DNA from: Vulcanimicrobiota bacterium
GTDB lineage: Bacteria > Vulcanimicrobiota > Vulcanimicrobiia > Vulcanimicrobiales > Vulcanimicrobiaceae
Length of the DNA: 64,000 nucleotides
Reading direction: 5' to 3'
NCBI GenBank assembly: GCA_963786105.1
Contig: CAWAXX010000023.1
Location: 256,001-320,000, forward strand
Within the stretch, counting starts at the first letter, position 1, and the number at the start of each line of letters is the position of its first letter. The notes beneath the pieces were generated by a model that was given only the letters and a program-made list of their open reading frames with translations, ran no database searches and had not been told where the DNA came from. This document shows positions 8,938-16,591 of the stretch, piece by piece. The position numbers and the translations under genes were made by a program.

Positions 8938-10542
8938 CTACTCTTCCTCCGGGATCGGAATGCAAATCTTAATCATCGGCAACCAGAAAAAGACGATGTT
9001 GAGAAGACTCAAGAAAATATTTAGGACGAAGAACGCGCAGATGGTAATCAGCGGAATGTTGAAACTGCAAAGCCAGCCGAGCGTAAGCGGAGGACCACCC
9101 CCGGCGCCATTCATCAAGCCCGACATCGACGAGCCCTGCATCGCGCCCATTAAGCCTGGAGGTACGGCAAACGAACAGTTCGGTTTGAGGCTTTTGAGAA
9201 AATCACGATTCGTCGGATCGGGCAAGGGCACCGGCGGATGCGCCCGGCTGCTGTTTTCGTACCAGGCGGCGATTCTGAAAGGTGCGCTATATTCCGACCA
9301 GACCAACGTCGGAGGGCAATGGGGATGCTCCGATTTGACGCGAAAGAACAAGCGCAACCGATAGAGGCGAGTCGCATCTTGATAGCGGCCCTGCGGCAGC
9401 AGCATCGCTTGCGTGCGTGGCACGAGCGCCGCCAGAAGGGCGTTCGCCAGTGCGGTCGGTTCGGAGTCACCGAGCGAATCGTACGCATACGGAAGCACGA
9501 TCGGCGGAACCGTGCTGCCGTCGTCGGCCTGATTGTAGTCGATGAGCGCCGCTGAGGCTTGTTGGTAGAAATCTCCCATCGGCTGGGACACGCTGAAGTC
9601 CGCGCTCTTGTAAACGTCGCAGTTGTTCAAAACCGCAAGAATCGCGCGGCCTTCATCGGTCGGATCGAACGCTCCGAAAACGGTCTTGAGCATTCGCAGG
9701 GTGGTCGCAAATTTCTGAAACTGTGCGATGCTGAAGTCGAGCTGACCCGGCGGAGGCGAGGGCGGCGTTGGAGGCGGGAACTGCACGTTGAGAAACTCAT
9801 CCGACATCCACCGATAGTCGACGGTCGTTCCGGGCAATGGGGGAATCTGCGGTCCGGCTTGGAGCAGGGTCGGCAGATTGCGCGCAACGTCGGCCGCACT
9901 ATAGGTGACGGCGTTCCCGGGAGATCCGTCGCTGGTTTCGCTGCTGGCCGTCGGGACGATCGCGTACGCAATCGTGCGCCCCAAGGCCGTGCAGGTCGCC
10001 GGCGGCCCGATGAACGCGGGCGAGGTCGTTTCCGCACTCGCCGAACTCAACACGATTGCCGCGAGTTGTTGGTCGAGCTCGAGGCGGCCGGAAGATAGTT
10101 GCGGCCGTTTCGTAGGATCGGGATCGAGGGATTCCGTCGTAGCGTTGAGCGTGGTCCATTGAAATTGGCCGGAAGGCGAGCGCATCCAACCCTGCAGCGC
10201 GTCATATCGATCGACGCCGTCGGCGCGCAGCACCCGCCGAATCACCAGACCTGCCGAAACGACACGCGTCGGATCCAGCCTCGGGCTGCCGACCGTATTG
10301 CACGACAGTTGGGTTAGCGCGAGATGGAGCACGCGTTGAACGGGCTGGTAGAGCGGTTGCGACGACGGTTCGACGACGGCCGTACTCGAGATTTGCGACG
10401 CGGTCGGCGGCGCATTCTGGGTTAACAGGTCTTGCAAAAAGCGGGCGGGGAAGTCTTCGATGTTCATCTGCAACAGTTGGGGAGCGGTTGCGAGGTTGCC
10501 GTTGAGATCGACCCCGAGTGCCCTGACGCCGTGATTTACCAT
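8938..10542 (-). CDS. eCIS-associated hypothetical protein with a hydrophobic C-terminal segment
   Basis: ATG 10542 overlaps the spike stop; ends GWLCSFNIPLITICAFFVLNIFLSLLNIVFFWLPMIKICIPIPEEE. Confidence 0.75.
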   Translation of the reverse strand: MVNHGVRALGVDLNGNLATAPQLLQMNIEDFPARFLQDLLTQNAPPTASQISSTAVVEPSSQPLYQPVQRVLHLALTQLSCNTVGSPRLDPTRVVSAGLVIRRVLRADGVDRYDALQGWMRSPSGQFQWTTLNATTESLDPDPTKRPQLSSGRLELDQQLAAIVLSSASAETTSPAFIGPPATCTALGRTIAYAIVPTASSETSDGSPGNAVTYSAADVARNLPTLLQAGPQIPPLPGTTVDYRWMSDEFLNVQFPPPTPPSPPPGQLDFSIAQFQKFATTLRMLKTVFGAFDPTDEGRAILAVLNNCDVYKSADFSVSQPMGDFYQQASAALIDYNQADDGSTVPPIVLPYAYDSLGDSEPTALANALLAALVPRTQAMLLPQGRYQDATRLYRLRLFFRVKSEHPHCPPTLVWSEYSAPFRIAAWYENSSRAHPPVPLPDPTNRDFLKSLKPNCSFAVPPGLMGAMQGSSMSGLMNGAGGGPPLTLGWLCSFNIPLITICAFFVLNIFLSLLNIVFFWLPMIKICIPIPEEE

Positions 10543-11237
10543 ACGTTTCCGGCTCCCGGCGTGTAGGTCGTTCCGACGACGGTCGTGGCTTGCATGACTT
10601 GACACTGCACGACGCCGCTGAACGTCGCGGTCGCGGCGTTCACGGTGAGCGTCGGCGCTGTGACCGAAACCGACGATGCGGCCGTTACTTGCACTTCGCC
10701 GGTCGGCGCGCTCACTGTCACACCGGACGTATCGATCTTCACCGAAGTTTGCGCGGCGTTCGTGAACTCGATCGAGCCGCCGCCGGAATCGGTCAGCGTT
10801 CCGCTCAGGTTCCCCGGCGTCGTGAACGAGATCGTCGGCCCGGTGCTGTCCTCGACGATGGCGATCTTCGTCCCGGCTTTGCCGGTAATCGTCCAGCGGT
10901 CGACGCTGTCGCCCGAGCCGCCGATGGAATCCGGTGCGGAGTCCTGGCCGTTCCACATGCTCCCGACCACCACGGGAAAGCGCGGATCTCCCGACAGATA
11001 CACGACCAGCACCTCATCGCCGACGTCCGGAATGAAGAATGCTCCGCGGGCGTTCCCGGCAAACGGGACGGCGACGCGCGCCCAGACCGGCGCATCCTGA
11101 TCGGTTGCGCCGTCGACGTTATACGCCCGGATCTGAACGCGATTGAGGTTTGCGGGATCCTTGACGCTGACGACCTTGGCCAGAAAAGCGGACGGTCCGA
11201 GCATCGGCAGTGCGTGCTCTTGCAGCAGGCGGCTCAC
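10536..11237 (-). CDS. Baseplate spike, gp5/gpV OB-fold (C-terminal part of a split VgrG/Afp8)
   Basis: DPANLNRVQI...WARVAVPFAG..RGAFFIPDVGDEVLV...DPRFPVVVGSMWN; GTGA overlap with the hub gene. Confidence 0.9.
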   Translation of the reverse strand: MSRLLQEHALPMLGPSAFLAKVVSVKDPANLNRVQIRAYNVDGATDQDAPVWARVAVPFAGNARGAFFIPDVGDEVLVVYLSGDPRFPVVVGSMWNGQDSAPDSIGGSGDSVDRWTITGKAGTKIAIVEDSTGPTISFTTPGNLSGTLTDSGGGSIEFTNAAQTSVKIDTSGVTVSAPTGEVQVTAASSVSVTAPTLTVNAATATFSGVVQCQVMQATTVVGTTYTPGAGNVW

Positions 11238-12322
11238 GACGCATCTCCGAGGTACGCGCACTCGGCGACGAAGCGAGTCTCGTAGCCGCCTTCGGTATCG
11301 AAGTGGTGAAGCGTTGCGGTCGTATAGTACGTGTTCGAAAACCGCGCGCCCAGGCCATTAAGCTTGAGTTGTGCGCCGACGCGGAGGTTCGGATTTCCTT
11401 CGGCAACGCCGGTCGCCACGACGAAGCGTCGCACGCGCTCGGCGAACTCGGCATCGACCAGTGCCTGCGCTTCATCTTGGTTGAGCGTCGCGAATTGCGC
11501 GAGTTGTTCCGAACGTTGCGCGAGCGCCTGCTGCAACCAGTCTCCGCCGGTCGTGCCTGAACCGGGACCGAGCGAGGTGGTGCGGCTGGTTACCGAAACG
11601 GCCTGCCCTTGCTCGTAGTCCCAACCGGTAGCGGTGACCGCGCTGACTTGATGCGCGAGATCGACAATCACTCGAACCTCGCGTAGCTGACTGTTCAAGT
11701 CGATCTCGACCGTCGATCCCTGCGCGACGTTGCGCGGCGTCGCATGCAGCTCGGTTCCTATGACCTGCAAGTCGGCATCGTAGCGGGCGAGCAGGCGGCG
11801 CACGAAATGCAGATCGCTCTCGTTGAACTGCTGCTGCGTTCCGATGTTGTCGTCCAGCCCGGAGACCACCGGGGTGAGGCCGAGATCGCCTGCCAACTGC
11901 CCGACGATTTGGGAGAGCGTCGCGTTGTCCCACGTTTTCGTGCGCCGCTTCATCCGCGCTGCTTGCAGCGAGTCTTCGGCCAACACGATGAGATCCGGTG
12001 CGCCCTTGCTCGGAAAGCAGCCTTCGAGCGCGGTGACCTTGCCGCGAAAGATCTCGGTCGGCGAGGTTACGTCGCCGGCAAAGACCGCAATTGCCGAGCC
12101 CAGTTTGAGGACGGCGCCGTCCTCGAACACCAGATCGCCGGTCCCACCGGCGAACGAGCCGAAATTGCTGAGGCGTAACTCGAGCGCAGACATTCCGGCT
12201 TCGTGCTCGCGCACGTCCATGCTCAGCAGCTGGGTCGTCACTTTATCGTTGGCTTGCCCGTCGACTTTCACCGTCGGAATCGCGCTGTAAGAGGCTTGCT
12301 GCGAAAGTGCTTGTTCGGGCAC
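11234..12322 (-). CDS. Baseplate hub, phage late control D/gp27-like (N-terminal part of a split VgrG/Afp8)
   Basis: QFNESDLHFVRRLLARY; GWDY; GNPNLRVG...GLGARFSNTYY...H.FD..GYETRF motifs. Confidence 0.88.
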   Translation of the reverse strand: MPEQALSQQASYSAIPTVKVDGQANDKVTTQLLSMDVREHEAGMSALELRLSNFGSFAGGTGDLVFEDGAVLKLGSAIAVFAGDVTSPTEIFRGKVTALEGCFPSKGAPDLIVLAEDSLQAARMKRRTKTWDNATLSQIVGQLAGDLGLTPVVSGLDDNIGTQQQFNESDLHFVRRLLARYDADLQVIGTELHATPRNVAQGSTVEIDLNSQLREVRVIVDLAHQVSAVTATGWDYEQGQAVSVTSRTTSLGPGSGTTGGDWLQQALAQRSEQLAQFATLNQDEAQALVDAEFAERVRRFVVATGVAEGNPNLRVGAQLKLNGLGARFSNTYYTTATLHHFDTEGGYETRFVAECAYLGDAS

Positions 12323-12323
12323 G

Positions 12324-12482
12324 TCAGTCCGCCAGCAATCGTTGGCCGCGCACGCGTAGCATCTCGAGCGCCGTGCGGAGATCGGTCTTGGGCTTCGCTT
12401 CGGCGGCGCCGGACGACGGCGCGGCCGCAGCCGCGCCGGCGGTCGTCGTTTGGATTTCCATCTCTTGAATTTCTACCGGCAC
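12324..12482 (-). CDS. Small eCIS protein (Afp6/DUF5908-like); below the ORF-track cutoff
   Basis: GAGGAG RBS then GTG 12482: MPVEIQEMEIQTTTAGAAAAAPSSGAAEAKPKTDLRTALEMLRVRGQRLLAD; fills the gap between neighbours exactly. Confidence 0.7.
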   Translation of the reverse strand: MPVEIQEMEIQTTTAGAAAAAPSSGAAEAKPKTDLRTALEMLRVRGQRLLAD

Positions 12483-12500
12483 GGCATACTCCTCACGGCG

Positions 12501-13547
12501 TCAGTCATCGCTATCGAAAGCGAGGCGATCGGTGAAACTGAACTTCGCGCCGGTGTCGCTGGATAAACCGGCCGACGCGCCCGGCCCGGCCTGGCCGCTG
12601 AGCGAGAAACTCGCGCCGACGTACGTTGCAACGTCGGTTCCGACCGTCGAGCCGATCATCAAGGTCGGGTTGAGACGGCTGGTTGTGCTCGCCGTCACGC
12701 GGCCGGTTTGCAACCCGGCGAAAGCTCCCGCCGAAGCGGACACGCCGGCCGATGCTCCCGAGCCGAACAACGCGCCCGATCCGGATTGCACCGAAAGTTG
12801 CGCACCCACCGACACTCCAATGTTGGCTTGCGCGCCGCCGGCGAATCCGGCAGCCGCGCCGAGCTGCACCGATGCGCCGACCTGCAGCTGCGCTCCACCG
12901 GTGAACCGTAGGCTTTCCAATCCGTTTGCGCTTCCCAACTGGCGCATCGCACTCGGGTCGCCGCCGCGCGTCGCGACCGATAAAGCGCTGTCGTCGGCGC
13001 CTGTCGGCACGAGGCTGCCGGACGTATCCGCCTGCGAGAAGCTCGCATCTTCGTCGAAGACCGAATCTTGGCGGGCTAGCGTGATGGTGACGAGTGCGCG
13101 CAATGCGACGCCATCGGCGGAGAAGTAGTCGATCGTCTCTTTGAACGACTCCATTACGCCTTTGAATTCGTACGAGCCCCATTGGAAGCTCAGCACGGGA
13201 GGCGCTTTCGATGGAGCGCTCTGAGCATTCGAACCGCCGCTGCTTGCAGCCGCGGACGTTTGCGCGGCCGCCGACGCGTTGGCCGAAGCCTGCATGAAGG
13301 CGGCAACTTGGTTCGTGTCGATGCGAACGTCCGAACCGGTTCCCGTCGTGTCGAATTGAAGATCCATGCTCAACTTTCCCGAAAACTGAGCGACGTACTG
13401 GACCTTCTTGGGAGAACCGGACTGCTGAGAGACTGAGTTTTCGACCGAGTACGTGAGCGACGACGGATTGAAGTGCACGGTGACCGGCTGCCCGGACGGC
13501 AGCGCGGTGAGCGTGGCCTTGGCGACGGTCTGCGGTTGGGCCGGCAT
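12501..13547 (-). CDS. eCIS tube initiator (Afp7-like) with a degenerate LysM-like segment and a Gly/Ala/Ser-rich tail
   Basis: VHFNPSSL...LSMDLQFDT...PPVLSFQWG..EFKGVMES..E..DYF..DG.ALRA; GDPSAMRQLGSANG. Confidence 0.85.
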   Translation of the reverse strand: MPAQPQTVAKATLTALPSGQPVTVHFNPSSLTYSVENSVSQQSGSPKKVQYVAQFSGKLSMDLQFDTTGTGSDVRIDTNQVAAFMQASANASAAAQTSAAASSGGSNAQSAPSKAPPVLSFQWGSYEFKGVMESFKETIDYFSADGVALRALVTITLARQDSVFDEDASFSQADTSGSLVPTGADDSALSVATRGGDPSAMRQLGSANGLESLRFTGGAQLQVGASVQLGAAAGFAGGAQANIGVSVGAQLSVQSGSGALFGSGASAGVSASAGAFAGLQTGRVTASTTSRLNPTLMIGSTVGTDVATYVGASFSLSGQAGPGASAGLSSDTGAKFSFTDRLAFDSDD

Positions 13548-14044
13548 CAGAGACTATCCGTGGTCGGAGAGACCGACCACAGGCCTTCGTGAACCAAGTG
13601 CAGTTCCTCGATGCCGACCTCACCGCCGCGCGCGTTGAGATCGCCGAACTTGAACTTGATGGGCATCGCGCGATCGAGTTGCCAGGCCATCAGCGCCGAG
13701 CCGTCGATGTCGAATAGGTTGATCGTGACCTGCATCCGCGGCGCGTACATCCCGTTCCCGAGCGAATTGAAGATTTGCCACAGGTTGCGATTGGTGCTGA
13801 TACCGCGCTTGAGAACGACGGTTGCGAACGTCGTCGTGCCGGCCCTCTGGGCCACCCCGTAGTTGCGGCCGCCCTCTTTGATGGCTTTGCTTTCCATCGT
13901 CGCTTCGAGCCCGGTGCATTCGGCAAACGCGCCGGAGCAAACAGAAAATGGCTCGTTGCTGTCGCCATCGACGATCGAATCCGTACTAAAATCGACCTGA
14001 AAGCGAAAGACGTGCACCGGCACGAGGACGCCGCTCGAATCCAT
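13547..14044 (-). CDS. Tail tube protein (T4 gp19-like, Afp5-like)
   Basis: FRFQV...GAFAECTGL...EGG...VLKRG...W.L.RAMPIKF...LNA...EVGIEELHLVHEG. Confidence 0.92.
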   Translation of the reverse strand: MDSSGVLVPVHVFRFQVDFSTDSIVDGDSNEPFSVCSGAFAECTGLEATMESKAIKEGGRNYGVAQRAGTTTFATVVLKRGISTNRNLWQIFNSLGNGMYAPRMQVTINLFDIDGSALMAWQLDRAMPIKFKFGDLNARGGEVGIEELHLVHEGLWSVSPTTDSL

Positions 14045-16074
14045 TAGACCGCCTCGGCCAATGACGAGGCGATTTGCTGCGCGCTGGTCGCATCCGCCTC
14101 GAAGGTTAACGTCACGCGGATCAGATCGATTTTGGCAGCGGGGGTGAACGCCACTTCGGCGACTAGACGGCCGTTATCCAAGTCGTTCTGCGTCATCGTG
14201 CTCTGGTCGCAGCGGACCGCGAACGCGTCCTTGATGCTCGCGCCGTCAAACGCGTTGGCATTCCACAGGCGGGTCATGAGTTTTTGCAGCGTGGATTGCA
14301 CGCGCCCCCAGAGCGCCGGCCCGTTCGAGGCGAAGACGACGGCTTCGCCCATGCGGCGCGCGGCCCGGCAGACGATCGAAACGAGACGGTTCACCGCTGC
14401 ATCGCGGTAGGCTTCGCCGGGGAAGGCGGTCACGTCCGAGAGCAGCCGAATGCCCCTTGGCGTAGATCCGAAGAGGCTTACGCGCGACACCAGCGGTTTC
14501 TCCGGCGTGCCGGGTCCCCAGGTGAGCGCCGGCGCCGAGATTTTGGTTTCGCGCGTTGGAACCGTTGGCCACAGGCCAAAGATACCGGCGGGCGTCACTT
14601 TGGTCGCGCTGTTGAAGGCGCCGTACTTGAGCGCGTTGCGTGCCAAGATTCCGACTAAGGCGCCGTCGGGCGGCTCGAGCGATTCCGACAAAACCGCCGA
14701 CGCAGTCGTCTGCAGCCACGGGTACGCGAGCTGGAGAAAGGCGCTCGAGATGTTCGGAGCGGCGATGTCTTCGCTCGGTTCGACGTTTTCGAGGAAATAT
14801 GCGGCAAAGACGTCGTGCAGATCTTGTGCTAAGACGTCGCTTTGGTCGGCTGCCGGCGAGTCCGAGACGCCGGCAGCCTGTGGCAGCGGGAACGCTGCAA
14901 CGAACTGGATCTCGCGCAGCTGCAGTTCCTGCCGGGATCTTCCGCTGGTCAGGTATTGCAGAACGTTGGCGATGCTTGCCGCCCACCGGCCGTAATCGGC
15001 CGGGCCGAGACGTGGCGCCGACGACGGATACAGCCGGAACTCGCGCAAGGTCATGTCGCCTTGCGCGCATTCGGCGAACTGCACCGGGCCAGCCGGAACG
15101 GCCGGTTCGAATTCGACGTTGGCCGGCGGGGCCGAAGCGCACAGAATCGGGAGGTCGGGGACGGCGAGAAACGACACGTCCGGTAGTCCTGCGAGATGAC
15201 CGACGCCGTGCCACGAGGTGGGATCGCCGCCTTGATGGCTCGGGTCGAGCAAGATCGCTTGCAGCTTCGCGGCGAGCTCGCCGGGCGTATCGGTCGGAGC
15301 GATCGGACTGCCCATGCACACGAGATAGCACCGCTTGCCCCCCTGCGCGAAAAACGAAGCGATCGCCGTCGCAACGTAATCGGTGCCCGCACTCGCCGCG
15401 GATCCGCCGGGATCGAACATTTGGGTAAACCCTGCGTAGTTTTCGAACGGCACGGGAACGTCGTAGAGTTGATCGAGATCGCGCGCAAACCGCCCGGTGA
15501 GCCAGCCTTGCTTCTGCAGCCAGCTTTCGACCGTCGCTGGAATGGCGTTCGCGAGCTGCGCCGTCAGCGCAGCAAACGGATCGACTGCCACCGCGACGAT
15601 CGCGTCGCCCTGGCTATGCGCGACCGCGTGAGTACTCGCGGCGCCGCGCGCAATCGTTAGCGTCGTGCCGAGCGCATCGACCTGCGCGATCGCGACGATC
15701 TCCGTGCCGATGCGCGCGAAGAGTGGCGGCTCATCCGCGAGCGGGACCGCCGTGGTGATCTGCAGCGTATCTGCCGCTATGCCGGTTGCGAGCGAGCCGA
15801 TGACATCGGACGTTGCCGCGCTCGAGACGATTCCAGTAATCCAACCCTGCGACAGGAACCAGGCGCGCACGTTGAGCGGCACCGAAGGCGCGGGCGCTCC
15901 GGTTGCCGGCGCAAACGGAAAGCGCAACAAGCCCTGCGACGCAAACCAAGGCCGAACCGCCGGATCGATGACGAATCCGGCGCGCCGTGCGAGCCCTACG
16001 AAGCAGGCAACGTCGGCGCGCCCCGATCCGGCTTGCGCGGCCGGCCGCGCCGGATCAAAGGTTATTTGACTCAC
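14044..16074 (-). CDS. Tail sheath protein 2 (Afp3/4-like)
   Basis: RADVACFVG; SFFAQGGKRCY; YPWL; PPDG; FASNGPALW...AFAVRCDQSTMTQNDLDNGRL. Confidence 0.88.
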   Translation of the reverse strand: MSQITFDPARPAAQAGSGRADVACFVGLARRAGFVIDPAVRPWFASQGLLRFPFAPATGAPAPSVPLNVRAWFLSQGWITGIVSSAATSDVIGSLATGIAADTLQITTAVPLADEPPLFARIGTEIVAIAQVDALGTTLTIARGAASTHAVAHSQGDAIVAVAVDPFAALTAQLANAIPATVESWLQKQGWLTGRFARDLDQLYDVPVPFENYAGFTQMFDPGGSAASAGTDYVATAIASFFAQGGKRCYLVCMGSPIAPTDTPGELAAKLQAILLDPSHQGGDPTSWHGVGHLAGLPDVSFLAVPDLPILCASAPPANVEFEPAVPAGPVQFAECAQGDMTLREFRLYPSSAPRLGPADYGRWAASIANVLQYLTSGRSRQELQLREIQFVAAFPLPQAAGVSDSPAADQSDVLAQDLHDVFAAYFLENVEPSEDIAAPNISSAFLQLAYPWLQTTASAVLSESLEPPDGALVGILARNALKYGAFNSATKVTPAGIFGLWPTVPTRETKISAPALTWGPGTPEKPLVSRVSLFGSTPRGIRLLSDVTAFPGEAYRDAAVNRLVSIVCRAARRMGEAVVFASNGPALWGRVQSTLQKLMTRLWNANAFDGASIKDAFAVRCDQSTMTQNDLDNGRLVAEVAFTPAAKIDLIRVTLTFEADATSAQQIASSLAEAV

Positions 16075-16099
16075 AGGTGTTTTCCGAACGTCGCCACAT

Positions 16100-16561
16100 C
16101 TACGACGCCGGCGCGACCTCGAGCCCCTCGGCGGTCAGCTCGAGCTCCTCCATCGCGACGTCGCCCGCGCCCTTGCCGCTGAGCGTCGGGCCGGTATATT
16201 TTGACGGCACGACGTTGGTCAACTTGAACACTTGCATGTTGTTGCTGGCTTCGTCGCGCAACGTGATGGTCACATCGCGCTGCGCGTTGACGCCGGTCGT
16301 GCGCGTCTGCGTCATCCAATCCCACAGATCCGAAGAGTTGACGACGCCCCGTTTCAGCACGACTTTGCCAATGGTATGAGCGCCAGGAATTTTGCGCACG
16401 TGCGGGTTTTTCTCGTTTCCGTCGCGGTAGTCGGAAACGTGCACTTCGGTCGTCAGGCCTGAGACGTCGGAAAAGCCGCCCAGCAGTTTTTCCGGATCGC
16501 GCGGGCCCTTGAGATCGACGATGTACATGTATCCAGGTAACGGGGCTGTCCGGTCAGGCAT
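16100..16561 (-). CDS. Tail tube protein (T4 gp19-like, Afp1-like)
   Basis: GGFSDVSGL...YRDGNEK..VRKIPG...VLKRG...YTGPTL...VAMEELEL. Confidence 0.95.
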   Translation of the reverse strand: MPDRTAPLPGYMYIVDLKGPRDPEKLLGGFSDVSGLTTEVHVSDYRDGNEKNPHVRKIPGAHTIGKVVLKRGVVNSSDLWDWMTQTRTTGVNAQRDVTITLRDEASNNMQVFKLTNVVPSKYTGPTLSGKGAGDVAMEELELTAEGLEVAPAS

Positions 16562-16591
16562 GGAAGATCTCCCTCAAAAAGCGTGCGTGAA

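Noticed and set aside
10543..10956. N-terminal extension of the 672-aa ORF
   Set aside because: It overlaps the spike gene in another frame and is Arg-rich nonsense. The likely start is ATG 10542.
12511..13623. 370-aa alternative-frame ORF over the Afp7-like gene
   Set aside because: Arg-rich, motif-free frame overlapping a recognisable gene.
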